Notes under the pieces: model-generated
What the model was told of the DNA's origin: nothing
Database searches by the model: none
The model's input: only the letters and a program-made list of their open reading frames with translations
Assembly (NCBI GenBank): GCA_977020255.1
Contig: CDROCS010001760.1
Span: 1 to 64,000 of the forward strand
DNA from: Obrimoposthia wandeli
Lineage: Eukaryota
Reading direction: 5' to 3'
DNA length: 64,000 nt
Program-made: the position numbers and the translations under genes
Shown: positions 1-11,142 of the stretch, one piece after another
Layout: each line of letters begins with the position of its first letter
Numbering within the stretch: the first letter of the stretch is position 1

Positions 1-536
1 TATTCTTTTTTATTATCGAGAAAAATATTACGTTGTAAGCTTGGCACGCCAAAATTTAAAGCCGTTTTTTTTGCCACACTACTACTGGTTGTCATACTGT
101 CAATAAAGATCAAGTTCCGCTCATTCAGAAACTGCATTGTCCAAACCATCGGTTGATAAAGCTCAGTTAATTTACTCCCCATATGATTACTAATACCTAA
201 AGCAAAAGGGATTTCTGTAAAAGCATTCGTTAAACTTTGTCGAATGCTCGCTTCATTCATGGTACTGGTTAGTGCGCCCGGGCCTAATTTTTTACCATTC
301 TTTGCTTCCATAGGAATATGTATGATGACATCGTTGTTGCTAGCTTTTGCTTGTAAGGCTAAGCTTTTACCATAAGGAGTGTGGGGGAGAACGGCATAGC
401 TGATATTACCGGGCAAGCTGAGTGCTTGTGCATCCGTTTTTCGATAGCCAATATCGTCGATAATAATGGCAACTTTTATGGGTTGTGCAGAAATTAAAAA
501 CGAGGTAAGTAAGCTTAATATAAGCAAAAATCGCAA
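1..536 (-). CDS. yibQ: Divergent polysaccharide deacetylase family protein (partial, 3' end outside window)
   Basis: Manual translation from TTG at 536: MRFLLILSLLTSFLISAQPIKVAIIIDDIGY...HIPME...SNHMGS...FIDS; lies downstream of envC as in enterobacteria; not in the ORF track. Confidence 0.85.
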   Translation of the reverse strand, partial: MRFLLILSLLTSFLISAQPIKVAIIIDDIGYRKTDAQALSLPGNISYAVLPHTPYGKSLALQAKASNNDVIIHIPMEAKNGKKLGPGALTSTMNEASIRQSLTNAFTEIPFALGISNHMGSKLTELYQPMVWTMQFLNERNLIFIDSMTTSSSVAKKTALNFGVPSLQRNIFLDNKKE

Positions 537-663
537 CAAAATAGGTTTTTCTCATGTTAAATAACGGCTTTAGAGTAACAGTTCGCTTAAGCAAAATCGA
601 TAACACTTAACAAAAACGATGATCGTGACTTACTTTAAAAGTACTGCTTATCTGAAGTTCAAG

Positions 664-1857
664 TTATTTACACCAAAGTTTTGGATTGACGGCTTTACCG
701 ATATGTCTTATTTCAAAGTAAAGACCGGACTTAGCTTGGCCACCACTTTGGCCAACCAGTGCAATAGGTTCACCAGCTTCAACACGATCACCGACCGATT
801 TAAGCAGTGCTTGGTTATGGCCATATAAACTCATGTAGCCGTCACCATGATCAACCACTGAGACAAGCCCATAACCATTAAGCCAGTCAGAAAATAAAAT
901 AGTACCATTGTGAATGGTTTTTACTTGTCGGCCTATGGGCGCAGAAAGAAATACGCCTTTCCATTTTAAATAGCCTTGTTTACTTGAGCCAAAGCTGTGG
1001 CTTATACGACCTTTAACCGGCCAGCTTAGTTTGCGCTTTAATTTACTTAAACCCACTAAGTTTTCAGCCGCCTGTGCAGCAGCGGCCATTCTTTTTAGTA
1101 AAGCGACGAGCGTTTTTTCTTCTTGCGCTAATTTTGTTAACTTCTGTTTAGCCGTGAGTAATTTTTTATTCAGCGCTACTAGCGTTTGTTTTTGCTTTGT
1201 TTTTGATAGTTCAAGGATCTGTTTTTGTTGGTTTTGGCTTTCGGTCAATTGCGCTAATTGCTCTGCTTGCGATTGATATTGTATTTCCACATCATTTAAT
1301 TTTGTTATCGTACTTTTAAACTCTTCTATTTCTTTGATACGAGCGGCATTGAGGTATTGATAATGGGTGATTGTTCGTTGCACATTGCTTGATTTTTTTT
1401 GATTGAGAATTAGCTTCAAATAATCATGATGCCCTGCGGAGTATGCTGCCCTAAGTTGTTTGGCCAATACTTGTTCTTGCTGTTTTTTTGCTAACTCAAA
1501 TTGCTGCTTTTCTTGTGTAAGTTGCTCGAGCTTTTGACGGACACTTTTTAAGTTTTTGTCAGTTTCAACTAAGCCTTTGATGATGTTACCAATCGCGACA
1601 TCATCTTTTTTCAGTTGTTGTTCTAAGTCACCTATTTTTACATTGGCATTTGATAAGTTTTGTTTTTGCGTATTTATAGCTCGTTGAATTTCATTGAGTT
1701 GCTTGTTTGTTTTTGCACTATTTTTGTCAGTGTTAGCATCAGCTTGTGCAGAAACATTAAGTGAGAAAAAAAAGATCATTAAGCCAATACAAGTAAAGTC
1801 AGTAAAAAACTGACTAATACTTAACATTGGCTGTTTGATATTAAGGCTCAAAAACAC
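664..1857 (-). CDS. envC: Murein hydrolase activator EnvC (coiled coil plus M23-like domain)
   Basis: Long coiled coil, C-terminal WPVKG...YGHNQ...LYFEIR; follows gpmI; true start may be slightly downstream. Confidence 0.92.
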   Translation of the reverse strand: MFLSLNIKQPMLSISQFFTDFTCIGLMIFFFSLNVSAQADANTDKNSAKTNKQLNEIQRAINTQKQNLSNANVKIGDLEQQLKKDDVAIGNIIKGLVETDKNLKSVRQKLEQLTQEKQQFELAKKQQEQVLAKQLRAAYSAGHHDYLKLILNQKKSSNVQRTITHYQYLNAARIKEIEEFKSTITKLNDVEIQYQSQAEQLAQLTESQNQQKQILELSKTKQKQTLVALNKKLLTAKQKLTKLAQEEKTLVALLKRMAAAAQAAENLVGLSKLKRKLSWPVKGRISHSFGSSKQGYLKWKGVFLSAPIGRQVKTIHNGTILFSDWLNGYGLVSVVDHGDGYMSLYGHNQALLKSVGDRVEAGEPIALVGQSGGQAKSGLYFEIRHIGKAVNPKLWCK

Positions 1858-1864
1858 GATGAGT

Positions 1865-3406
1865 TTAGCTTAGCGTTAATAAATTACTACCCGTCATTTC
1901 TTTCGGTTGAGGTATGTTCATCAATGCTAGTACTGTGGGAGCAATGTCACTGAGGGCACCTGTTTTTGCGGTTACTGCATCTCGGCCAATATAAATTAAT
2001 GGTACCGGTTCACAAGTATGTGCAGTGTGTGCTTGGCCTGATACATTGTCCACCATTTGCTCTGCGTTACCGTGATCTGCGGTAATTAAACACTCGCTGC
2101 CGGTGTTTTCCACGGCAAGAAGTACTCTTGCAATACATTTGTCGACTGCTTCACAAGCCTTTACTGCAGCATCAAAATCGCCAGTATGGCCAACCATATC
2201 ACCATTAGGATAGTTACAAACAATAAAGTCATGCTCGCCACTCTCTATTGCAGCTACTAATTTATCAGTCAATAGTGTTGAGTTCATTTCTGGTTGCATG
2301 TCATAAGTCGCAACCTGTGGTGAAGGCACTAGTATTCGTTGTTCACCCTCGAAGGTATCTTCTTTGCCACCACTGAAGAAAAATGTCACGTGAGCGTATT
2401 TTTCTGTTTCAGATATTCGTAACTGAGTTTTATGCTGTTTCTCTAGCCACTCACCTAGCACGTTGTCTAATTTTACTTTGGGAAATGCACAAGGGGCGTC
2501 AATATCACCCGCATATTCAGTCAACATGACAAATTCAGAAAGTTTAGGCTGTTTTTTACGGGTGAAACCTGAAAAATTTGCATCGGTAAAGCAACGGGTG
2601 AATTGACGCGCACGATCTGCTCGAAAGTTCATAAAAATCATGGCATCACCATCTTGCACCTCAATGAGTTCACCATCACTATTAGTGATGGCAGAGGCTT
2701 GTACAAACTCATCATTCTCATTACGTTCGTAAGCAGCATCTAAAGCATCAGTCGCCTGGCTGTACTGAAACTCTGCTTGGCCTGAAGCCATTAAGTTATA
2801 AGCTAACTCGACACGATCCCAGCGTTGATCTCTATCCATTGCATAATAACGACCAATAACAGACGCTACTTGGCCACAGCCCAATTCAGCAAACTTTTCT
2901 TGTGCTTTAATCAAAGAAGCTTTTGCGCTGCGCGGTGGAGTATCTCGACCATCTAAAAAAGCATGTAGATAAACAGCTTTTGCGCCTTTGGCTACTGCCA
3001 TTTCTAGCATGGCAAAAATATGCTCTTCGTGGCTGTGTACGCCACCAGGTGATAATAGGCCAAAAACGTGTACCGCTTTGTCATTGTTTACGGCATTCTC
3101 TACCGCATTGACTAATACCGGGTTACTTTGAAATTCTTTATCTTCAATGGCTTTAGTGATGCGAGTAAAGTCTTGGTAGACAATACGTCCTGCGCCCAAG
3201 TTCACATGGCCCACTTCTGAGTTGCCCATTTGCCCATCAGGTAAGCCAACAGCCATGCCTGAGGTTTCAATCAACATATTAGGCTTATTGGCCATTAAAT
3301 TATCTAGCGTAGGTGTGTTGGCATGATAAATAGCATTAGACTCTTGGTTTTCTCTGTATCCCCAACCATCTAAAATAATAAGCACTGTCGATTTTTTGTT
3401 TGGCAT
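1865..3406 (-). CDS. gpmI: 2,3-bisphosphoglycerate-independent phosphoglycerate mutase
   Basis: [48 protein letters not shown] motifs. Confidence 0.98.
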   Translation of the reverse strand: MPNKKSTVLIILDGWGYRENQESNAIYHANTPTLDNLMANKPNMLIETSGMAVGLPDGQMGNSEVGHVNLGAGRIVYQDFTRITKAIEDKEFQSNPVLVNAVENAVNNDKAVHVFGLLSPGGVHSHEEHIFAMLEMAVAKGAKAVYLHAFLDGRDTPPRSAKASLIKAQEKFAELGCGQVASVIGRYYAMDRDQRWDRVELAYNLMASGQAEFQYSQATDALDAAYERNENDEFVQASAITNSDGELIEVQDGDAMIFMNFRADRARQFTRCFTDANFSGFTRKKQPKLSEFVMLTEYAGDIDAPCAFPKVKLDNVLGEWLEKQHKTQLRISETEKYAHVTFFFSGGKEDTFEGEQRILVPSPQVATYDMQPEMNSTLLTDKLVAAIESGEHDFIVCNYPNGDMVGHTGDFDAAVKACEAVDKCIARVLLAVENTGSECLITADHGNAEQMVDNVSGQAHTAHTCEPVPLIYIGRDAVTAKTGALSDIAPTVLALMNIPQPKEMTGSNLLTLS

Positions 3407-3680
3407 TTAGGCTTCCTTTATACGAGTAAATATACGAGCACAGATAGTTTTGATCATGAGTATATCAAGAGACGATACGAATATCTCGTCTGTGTTTAGA
3501 GAAAATGTTTCGGCTTTATGATCAATTTATACTTGGAAGTTCGCATCGCAGAGATCAAAATTTATTTATCAGTGAGTAAGATATGTTGCTAATATTTTTT
3601 TCTCTGAAAAGTTCAGTTTGGGTTTAGTTTATTAGGCTGTATACTATGGCAAATTTTTAGTTAATTAGAATATAAAACTT

Positions 3681-4106
3681 ATGGATCAACTTATTACTTT
3701 CGCAATGAGCCAACCTTTGCTTAGCGGCGCATGGCTTGTCATTGTTCTACTGATTATTGTTATGACTATCAAAATTCAAATGTCACCTATTAAGCAGTTA
3801 AGTACACAGCAAATGACTTTTTTAATAAACAGAGAGTCTGGTGTTGTTGTCGATAGCCGTAGTGAAAAAGACTTTAAAGCGGGTCACATTGTTGACGCAT
3901 TACACATTAGTAATGAAAAAGTCAGTAAAAAGGACTTTGTTAGTCTTGAAAAACATAAAGACAATCCCATCATTATAGTATGTAGTGCTGGTATGAGTGC
4001 AGGAAAAATTGCTAGCGAACTCGCAAAATCAGGCTTCACTCGCGTAAGTATACTTAAAGGCGGTATGAGTGCTTGGATTAGCGCAGGCTTACCTGTAACT
4101 AAGTAA
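3681..4106 (+). CDS. yibN: Rhodanese-like membrane-anchored protein
   Basis: N-terminal TM, GHIVDA, active-loop Cys (VCSAG), LKGGMSAW; upstream of grxC-secB. Confidence 0.88.
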   Translation: MDQLITFAMSQPLLSGAWLVIVLLIIVMTIKIQMSPIKQLSTQQMTFLINRESGVVVDSRSEKDFKAGHIVDALHISNEKVSKKDFVSLEKHKDNPIIIVCSAGMSAGKIASELAKSGFTRVSILKGGMSAWISAGLPVTK

Positions 4107-4133
4107 TCAACAACCCAATAACGGATTATCAAG

Positions 4134-4385
4134 ATGACAATTGACATATACACTAAAGCAACTTGTTTTTATTGCATGAGAGCGAAAGCACTCCTTGATG
4201 ATATGAACATTACGTACAATGAAATAAAAATTGACGGTGATGCCGCATTACGTGAAAAGATGATTAAACGTAGTCAGGGTAGTTCTACCGTGCCACAAAT
4301 ATTTATTAACGACGCGCATATTGGCGGTTGTGATGACTTGCTCGCATTAAATGCGCAAGGCAAATTAGCTTCACTTTTAGCATAA
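4134..4385 (+). CDS. grxC: Glutaredoxin 3
   Basis: CFYC, TVPQIFI, IGGCDDL. Confidence 0.95.
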   Translation: MTIDIYTKATCFYCMRAKALLDDMNITYNEIKIDGDAALREKMIKRSQGSSTVPQIFINDAHIGGCDDLLALNAQGKLASLLA

Positions 4386-4453
4386 TAATATCAGTGAAAA
4401 ACGTAGCATAAAAAGCCATTAGATAATGGCGTAAATATATAGGAAGTAACAGC

Positions 4454-4963
4454 ATGGCTGACGAAAATCAAAACGGCGTTGAAGCATCAAACGAACAACA
4501 AGCTCCACAATTCGCTATTCAGCGCGTTTACACGAAAGATATTTCATTTGAAACACCAAATTCTCCAGAAGTGTTTCAAAAAGAATGGAAGCCAGAAGTA
4601 CAGTTAGATATAGATACAAAATCTACTAAGCTTGCAGAAAATACTTATGAAGTAACATTGTCTTTAACTGTTACGGCTAAAGTTGAAGATCAAACGGCTT
4701 TTTTAGCTGAAGTACAACAAGCTGGTATTTTTACTATTGGTAACCTTGCTGAAGCTCAGTTAGCGCATACTATTGGTGCATTTTGTCCAACAACGTTATT
4801 CCCATATGCTCGTGAAGCAGTTGCTAATTTAGTTAGTCGTGGTTCATTCCCACAAATTAACTTGGCTCCGGTTAACTTTGAAGCATTATTTGCTAACTAT
4901 GTGCAACAACGTGCAGCACAAGCAAATGTAGAACAAACGCAAACAAGCACTGAAACTCACTAG
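4454..4963 (+). CDS. secB: Protein-export chaperone SecB
   Basis: [38 protein letters not shown]. Confidence 0.98.
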   Translation: MADENQNGVEASNEQQAPQFAIQRVYTKDISFETPNSPEVFQKEWKPEVQLDIDTKSTKLAENTYEVTLSLTVTAKVEDQTAFLAEVQQAGIFTIGNLAEAQLAHTIGAFCPTTLFPYAREAVANLVSRGSFPQINLAPVNFEALFANYVQQRAAQANVEQTQTSTETH

Positions 4964-4966
4964 TAT

Positions 4967-5974
4967 ATGAGTGATAATTCTGCAGCAATTTCGGTTATTG
5001 GCGCTGGCTCATACGGTACAGCGCTGGCGATTTGTTTAGCACGTAATGGTCATGACACTTTATTGTGGGGCCGTGATGCCAAGCACGTCACTGAAATGGC
5101 TAGCTCTCGCGCTAATGAAAAGTATTTACCTGGCAGTAAGTTTCCTGAGTCATTACACGTTAGTGATGATTTAGCTCATGTGGTTGCTGCCAGTAAAAAT
5201 ATTTTATTAGTCGTGCCTAGCCATGTATTTGGTGAGGTATTAACGCAAATTAAGCCATTTATGCGAAAAGATGCCCGTTTAGTTTGGGCAACTAAAGGTT
5301 TAGAGCACGACTCTGGACGTTTATTGCAAGATGTAGCTAGAGAGATTTTAGGTGATGAAATCTCATTAGCGGTGCTTTCGGGTCCTACTTTTGCGAAAGA
5401 AATGGCCGCAGGATTACCAACAGCAATATCTTTGTCTTCAACAGATGAAGTATTTGTTAACGATATTTCTAATTTGTTACATTGTGAACGAACTTTTCGT
5501 GTTTATAGCAATAGCGACTTTATCGGTGTGCAACTCGGTGGAGCAGTGAAAAATGTGATTGCGATTGGCGCAGGTATGGCCGATGGTATTGGTTTTGGTG
5601 CTAACGCTAGAACGGCATTAATCACCCGGGGTCTAGCTGAAATGACGCGTTTAGGTTGTGCGTTGAATGCTGAACCATCAACATTTATGGGTATGGCCGG
5701 GTTAGGTGATTTAGTCTTAACTTGTACCGATAATCAATCACGTAACCGTCGCTTTGGTTTAGCGTTGGGTCGTGGTGCAGACGTTGAACAAGCAATGGCA
5801 GACATTGGGCAAGTGGTAGAAGGTTACCGTAACACCAAAGAAGTCTTTATGCTTTCGCAACGTATGGGCGTTGAAATGCCAATTGTTGAACAAGTTTATC
5901 AAGTGCTTTATCGTGGTAAAGATGCCAAGTTAGCAGCAGCCGATTTATTATCTCGTGAACGTAAATTTGAATAA
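4967..5974 (+). CDS. gpsA: NAD(P)H-dependent glycerol-3-phosphate dehydrogenase
   Basis: [34 protein letters not shown]...SRNRRFG. Confidence 0.98.
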   Translation: MSDNSAAISVIGAGSYGTALAICLARNGHDTLLWGRDAKHVTEMASSRANEKYLPGSKFPESLHVSDDLAHVVAASKNILLVVPSHVFGEVLTQIKPFMRKDARLVWATKGLEHDSGRLLQDVAREILGDEISLAVLSGPTFAKEMAAGLPTAISLSSTDEVFVNDISNLLHCERTFRVYSNSDFIGVQLGGAVKNVIAIGAGMADGIGFGANARTALITRGLAEMTRLGCALNAEPSTFMGMAGLGDLVLTCTDNQSRNRRFGLALGRGADVEQAMADIGQVVEGYRNTKEVFMLSQRMGVEMPIVEQVYQVLYRGKDAKLAAADLLSRERKFE

Positions 5975-5995
5975 CGCTTAATAAAAAATATTGTT

Positions 5996-6033
5996 AAAAA
6001 AGGCATATTCCATTTAGGTAGTATGCCTTTTTT
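5996..6033. terminator. Bidirectional intrinsic terminator between gpsA and trmL
   Basis: AAAAAAGGCATAT...GTATGCCTTTTTT hairpin with A and T tails. Confidence 0.8.
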
Positions 6034-6087
6034 GTATCTAGACTAATAAGTCGCGCTTGCTGGATAGCCTTTGCTATATTATTGCTC

Positions 6088-6250
6088 TATACCAAGTTGA
6101 TTAATTAACTGCTCATTTTTAATGGTTAAAATGAAAAACTACAGTGTTATAAAATTTATAAGTAGAATAACTACTGACAAATTTTATGCCTTGTATTTAT
6201 CCATTTTTCCTCATGAAAAAATAGGTCACTTACTTAATCAAATTGGTATT
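6088..6250. mobile_element. MITE-like element, family B (about 160 bp)
   Basis: 19-bp terminal inverted repeats ATACCAAGTTGATTAATTA (6089-6107) / TACTTAATCAAATTGGTAT (6231-6249), 17/19 complementary; central palindrome ATAAAATTT..AGTAG-AATAA-CTACT..AAATTTTAT (6149-6187); non-coding. Confidence 0.7.
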
Positions 6251-6328
6251 ACTACTAAAGCGACAGTAACGACTGGCAGTGAACAATAATCCTAACTACA
6301 CTTTGACTACATCATAACTACAACGATA

Positions 6329-6793
6329 TTAAATCGAATTTGCAAAGCCTAGCTGACGCCATGCCTCATAAACAATAACTGCAGTGGCATTTGACAAGTT
6401 CATGCTACGGCTATCTTTTAGCATTGGGATGCGTATTTTGTCTTGATCTGGAATTTGCTGGCGTACATCTTCGGGTAAACCACCGGTTTCTGAGCCAAAT
6501 AAAAGATAATCACCGGCTTGAAAGTTAACATCACCATAATATCCGGTTGATTTTGTTGTTACCGCTAATATACGCTTAGGTTGTTCAGATTCGATAAAAC
6601 TTTGATAATTTGCATGACGCTTAAGTGCGGCAAATTCATGATAATCTAAACCAGCTCTTCTTAACTTTTTATCTTCTAGATCAAAGCCTAATGGCTCTAT
6701 TAAGTGTAATCTAAAGCCGGTATTAGCACATAAACGAATGATGTTGCCTGTATTGGGGGGAATTTGTGGTTGAAATAAAACGACATCTAACAT
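6329..6793 (-). CDS. trmL: tRNA (cytidine/uridine-2'-O)-methyltransferase TrmL
   Basis: [38 protein letters not shown]. Confidence 0.97.
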   Translation of the reverse strand: MLDVVLFQPQIPPNTGNIIRLCANTGFRLHLIEPLGFDLEDKKLRRAGLDYHEFAALKRHANYQSFIESEQPKRILAVTTKSTGYYGDVNFQAGDYLLFGSETGGLPEDVRQQIPDQDKIRIPMLKDSRSMNLSNATAVIVYEAWRQLGFANSI

Positions 6794-6893
6794 AACAAGT
6801 GCTTAATAAATTATATAATGTTTTAATTATACCGTGCTTGATTAAGCTTTGCTTTATCAATTTTAAATCAATATTGTTGCTAGGAGCTCATGG

Positions 6894-7814
6894 ATGAAAA
6901 AACATCTTGATTCAGACCAGTATGCTTATCTGGTAAAACTAGCTGCATTTGCAGCGACAGCGACTGCGCTGATATTGGTGGTGCTAAAACTTTATGCCTG
7001 GTTTGCTACTGATGCAAGTGCCATGCTTGCCTCTGCAACAGATTCTATTTTAGATTTGTTTGCCTCATTAATGAACGTTGTTATTTTACGTTTCGCACTC
7101 GCTCCCGCTGATAAAGAACATAAATTTGGTCATGGTAAAGCGGAAAGTTTGGCTGGACTCGTACAAGCGGCCTTTGTGTTGGGTTCAGCGTTATTACTTA
7201 TGTTTAATGGCCTTGGTCGGATTATAAACCCGCAAGAAGTTGTGCGTACTGAAGTTGGTATCATTGTGTCTATTATCGCTATAGTGATGACATTGTTATT
7301 GGTAGTATTGCAAAAATACGTTATCAATCGTACTCGATCGGTTGCGATCGGCGCTGATGCTTTACATTATCAATCGGACTTATTATTAAATTTAGGTGTG
7401 CTGGCTGCATTATTTTTAAGCCAAGGTTATTGGTTACAAGCTGACGGGTTTTTTACGGTAGCCGTTGGTATATTCTTGCTGGCAGGCGCGGGCAAAATAA
7501 TATGGACCAGTGTTCATCACTTGATGGATCATGAGTTGTCAGAAGAAGACCGTAATGTCATTAAAGAGATTGTCTTGACGCATGAAGGAACATACGGCTT
7601 ACATGAACTACGAACACGACAAGCAGGGCAAGACCGCTTTATTCAATTCCATTTAGAGCTAGATGATGAGCTATCCCTACTGGAAGCGCATAGTATTGGC
7701 GAAGCGATTGAAGCTGAAATTATTCAAGCACTAGCGCCCTGTGAGGTGTTTATTCATCACGACCCTCATTCGATAGGGACTAGTGAAAGTAAGAGCAAGA
7801 AACAGGTTGATTAA
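6894..7814 (+). CDS. fieF: Cation diffusion facilitator FieF/YiiP
   Basis: DSILD, HKFGHGKAE, ADALHYQSD, LHELRTRQAG. Confidence 0.93.
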   Translation: MKKHLDSDQYAYLVKLAAFAATATALILVVLKLYAWFATDASAMLASATDSILDLFASLMNVVILRFALAPADKEHKFGHGKAESLAGLVQAAFVLGSALLLMFNGLGRIINPQEVVRTEVGIIVSIIAIVMTLLLVVLQKYVINRTRSVAIGADALHYQSDLLLNLGVLAALFLSQGYWLQADGFFTVAVGIFLLAGAGKIIWTSVHHLMDHELSEEDRNVIKEIVLTHEGTYGLHELRTRQAGQDRFIQFHLELDDELSLLEAHSIGEAIEAEIIQALAPCEVFIHHDPHSIGTSESKSKKQVD

Positions 7815-7822
7815 CCGGGTGT

Positions 7823-8896
7823 TTATTGGTGTTGAGAAAACCAAGCGATAGCATTATCTATCGCGCTATCTCGATATTCATCAACTTCAAAAAAAAGCTC
7901 ATGATAAGCACCGGCTATCACGATTGTTTTGCCCTCGGGACAATAGTCGCTATTGAGTTTATTTAACTGTTGGCAGAAATCATTTTGCGCTATGTTATCA
8001 ACAATATGTTCATCTTCAGCTTGCATCATTTGTATTGGCAACGACAATTTATCAAGATCGTCGAATAAATTTTGTGAATTTTTTATTGCCTGTGCTAACC
8101 AGTTGAATGTTACACCGCCCAATTTTAATTCTGTACGGTCTTCATACAAAGTACGAAAGCGCTTAAAGCGAGTCTCTGAGTGCATTAAGCGATTTTCGGC
8201 AAATGAGCTTTTGTTAACGTCGCTTTGTCCAAAGAAATACCAAGGCGTGTCGGAGAGCCAATTATTTATAGTTGCACCACTTTTGATTAATGAAATCGCT
8301 AGCCAATTTGGCACACCACCACTGGCAATAGCGATCATGGGTGAACTCAAGCTAAGTGCTTTCACTTTATGGGGATAAAGTTGGAGATATCTTAGGGCAA
8401 TAGCCCCACCCATTGAATGGGCTAACATAAAAGCGTTTTGTGAATGCTGTGGATATTGTGTTGGTAAAACTCGACTGACTAATTGCTGCAAGTCTGCTGC
8501 ATAATGGTCAAAATCAGCAATGTAGCCCTGTAAACGATTAGCTGTTAAACGCGTTGACAGGCCTTGTCCGCGATGATCGATGATGACACTGTCGTAACCT
8601 TGGTTATCTAAATCAAAAGCGAGTTCTTGATATTTGAGATAACTTTCTGAACGACCCGGTACAATGATAATGTAAGGTTTTTCAGGACGTTTAAAATTAG
8701 CCGCGTAGGCAATATCAATATTATCGTCTGTTTTAAACGAAGCTTGATGAACGGATTGCCAAAAAACCTCAATGGCCTCAACCTTTTCTAAAGTAAGCGC
8801 TCGCTTACTCGCTACGCTTTTTGCGTTTGCCATTGATGATATTCCTAATAAGAACAAAACAAATAAAATGAGACAATTATTATTTCTATTATGCAT
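7823..8896 (-). CDS. Alpha/beta hydrolase, lysophospholipase L2 (PldB)-like, with N-terminal signal or anchor
   Basis: PGRSE, DHRGQGLS, AHSMGG nucleophile elbow, AYHELFFE; overlaps cpxA end by 8 bp. Confidence 0.85.
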   Translation of the reverse strand: MHNRNNNCLILFVLFLLGISSMANAKSVASKRALTLEKVEAIEVFWQSVHQASFKTDDNIDIAYAANFKRPEKPYIIIVPGRSESYLKYQELAFDLDNQGYDSVIIDHRGQGLSTRLTANRLQGYIADFDHYAADLQQLVSRVLPTQYPQHSQNAFMLAHSMGGAIALRYLQLYPHKVKALSLSSPMIAIASGGVPNWLAISLIKSGATINNWLSDTPWYFFGQSDVNKSSFAENRLMHSETRFKRFRTLYEDRTELKLGGVTFNWLAQAIKNSQNLFDDLDKLSLPIQMMQAEDEHIVDNIAQNDFCQQLNKLNSDYCPEGKTIVIAGAYHELFFEVDEYRDSAIDNAIAWFSQHQ

Positions 8897-10295
8897 TTGC
8901 GCTATTTTTACTGATCGCTACGGGTAATTCAATAGTAACAGTTAAGCCATTGTTAATGTTATTTTTGGCACTAATATGGCCATTGTGGGCAGCAATTGCC
9001 TGTTTTGCTATTGCCATGCCTAATCCTGTGCCACCTGTAGCGCGATCACGTGCTTGAGCAACTCGGTAGAAAGGTTCAAATAATTTAGGTAAGTCGGCAT
9101 CAGGAACACCGATGCCACGGTCGATGATGTCGATAACAAAGTGTGTGTTAATCTTGGTTAAGTTAACGCTAAGCTCGTCGCTTTCATGACTGTATTTTAC
9201 CGCATTGATTAGAATATTATTAATGGCGCTAGACAATAAATTAGCATCCGCTTGTAGCAACGCTGTACCTTCGCTATGCAAGGTAATAGTTATTGATTTT
9301 TCATTAGCAATATATTGTGCGTCTTCAATACATAGAGTGAGTAGCTGGTTAAGATCGACGGCCATTAATTCCATTTGATTGATGGTGTTTTCCATACGTG
9401 ATAAAGAAAGCACACTGGCAATCATTTCATCTAGTCGAGTCACCTCAAGTTCACAACGCTGTAAATGTTTGTGTAGTATTTCCGGACTAATATTGTCTTG
9501 CTGGGCTAATCCAAGTGCAATTTGTAGTCTGGTCATGGGAGAGCGTAATTCATGAGAAACATCGGCCATCAGTCGTTGGTGTGAGCCAATATTTTGTTCT
9601 AATTTTTCAGCCATTAAGTTGAAGCTAACAGCACATGCACCAATTTCATCGCTACGTTTTGCTATTAATGGCATACGGGAGCTAAATTCACCGTCACCAA
9701 AGCGTACAGCCGCTTTTTGCATGGCTATTAAAGGTTTAGTTAATGAACGTGTCAGTAACCAAAGTAAAATGGAACTGATGATAATAGGAATGGCTAAGCG
9801 GATCCAGGTTGGCATACCACGAATAAAATTGCCAAAATGAGGCTTACGATCTCGACTTGCCAGAAATAACTGATAAGGCGTACCTTTAATATCAACGCTC
9901 AAGGGGCCCGTCATTCGGTAAAACTCAAATTTAACTGTCGCCATACTTTCTAAATTATTTTCGACTAAAAATCGCTGCAAATTTTCAATTTGCCATTTAT
10001 TTGAAGAGTAGACTTCATTGGTTAACATATTTTTTAACAGTAACTCTCGCTCAGCTCTTTTTGATAAAATGGTCAGTGCGGCTTGTGGTGTTTTTGGCGC
10101 TTTACGTTTAATTAACCGATCGATGCGTTCTATTTTAACGATATCGCCACGATGGCTAGATGCAATAAAGCTTTTTGTTCTAAATTGTTCAGACACTAGC
10201 CGAGTGATGCCTATGGTCAATACCACGATTAACCAAAAGCAGAGAAATAGTTTCGCACCAATCGAGGAAAATTTACTGGGTATTTTTAGTTTCAA
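8889..10295 (-). CDS. cpxA: Sensor histidine kinase, CpxA-like
   Basis: Two TMs, HAMP, H-box SHELRSPMTRL, N-box NILINAVKYS, DRGIG, GGTGLGMAI; beside an OmpR-type regulator and a divergent Spy/CpxP gene. Confidence 0.85.
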   Translation of the reverse strand: MKLKIPSKFSSIGAKLFLCFWLIVVLTIGITRLVSEQFRTKSFIASSHRGDIVKIERIDRLIKRKAPKTPQAALTILSKRAERELLLKNMLTNEVYSSNKWQIENLQRFLVENNLESMATVKFEFYRMTGPLSVDIKGTPYQLFLASRDRKPHFGNFIRGMPTWIRLAIPIIISSILLWLLTRSLTKPLIAMQKAAVRFGDGEFSSRMPLIAKRSDEIGACAVSFNLMAEKLEQNIGSHQRLMADVSHELRSPMTRLQIALGLAQQDNISPEILHKHLQRCELEVTRLDEMIASVLSLSRMENTINQMELMAVDLNQLLTLCIEDAQYIANEKSITITLHSEGTALLQADANLLSSAINNILINAVKYSHESDELSVNLTKINTHFVIDIIDRGIGVPDADLPKLFEPFYRVAQARDRATGGTGLGMAIAKQAIAAHNGHISAKNNINNGLTVTIELPVAISKNSANA

Positions 10296-10993
10296 TTAAG
10301 TTCTCCTGCCAAGAAAATATAACCAGCTCCTCGAATAGTCTTAAGTTTGTCTGTCGGGCTAAAGGGTAATAGTTTACGCCTGATATTACTCACATGCATG
10401 TCAATGCTACGGTCAAAAGCACTAAGTTTTCGCTTTAATACTTGCTCAGATATTTCGCTTTTACTGACAATTCCTCCAGGCTTTGACATCAAATGCTCAA
10501 TTATTTGGTATTCAGTACCGGTAAGTTCGATTGCTTGAGCATGACAAGTTACCTGCCGTGTAGCATGGTTAAGCAGAACACCGTTTACTTTAAGTGCTGA
10601 ACATTGCTCTTTGCTATTTTTTACAATTTTTATACGGCGAAGAATAGCGTTAATGCGAGCGAGTAACTCACGGTGCTGAAAAGGTTTAGGTAAGTAATCG
10701 TCAGCGCCAAGTTCCAAACCTAAAATTCGATCAGCGTTGTCACCTTTAGCTGTTAGCATGAGTATAGGGGTTTTGTGATTGCCGCCAAGGGCTTTTAGTA
10801 CTTCAAAGCCGGTTAAACCAGGCATCATGACATCTAATAGAATAAGTGAAATACTATCATCAAAAGCTTTTTCTAAACCGCTTATACCATCGTGGCAACA
10901 GATTAACTCAAAACCTTCTGTAGCGAGGTAATCAGATAACAGCTCAGCGAGCTCTCTGTCATCATCTATTAATAAAAGTTTATGCTTACTCAT
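10292..10993 (-). CDS. cpxR: OmpR-family response regulator, CpxR-like
   Basis: LLIDDD, LLDVMMP, LTAKG, wHTH DRSIDMHVSNIRRKL...TIRGAGY. Confidence 0.87.
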   Translation of the reverse strand: MSKHKLLLIDDDRELAELLSDYLATEGFELICCHDGISGLEKAFDDSISLILLDVMMPGLTGFEVLKALGGNHKTPILMLTAKGDNADRILGLELGADDYLPKPFQHRELLARINAILRRIKIVKNSKEQCSALKVNGVLLNHATRQVTCHAQAIELTGTEYQIIEHLMSKPGGIVSKSEISEQVLKRKLSAFDRSIDMHVSNIRRKLLPFSPTDKLKTIRGAGYIFLAGELN

Positions 10994-11061
10994 TTTTTTT
11001 CTCGCTCATCGCTAATATTTCATCGTTATAATAGCGTATAAATTAACGGCTATTTAATATC

Positions 11062-11087
11062 TTTACATAACATTTACATTGGTTTGC
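11062..11087. promoter_or_regulatory. Putative CpxR-type direct-repeat binding site
   Basis: TTTAC (11062), TTTAC (11073), TTTGC (11083), i.e. GTAAA-like repeats with 10-11 bp period between divergent cpxR and cpxP. Confidence 0.6.
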
Positions 11088-11142
11088 GTTTCTTTTCGTT
11101 GCACGAATTATACTGATGTTGAATTAGCTGAGGAGCAAAACG

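Noticed and set aside
406-828. Short ORFs 406-606 and 619-828
   Set aside because: They overlap yibQ in another frame and envC antisense; no family motifs.
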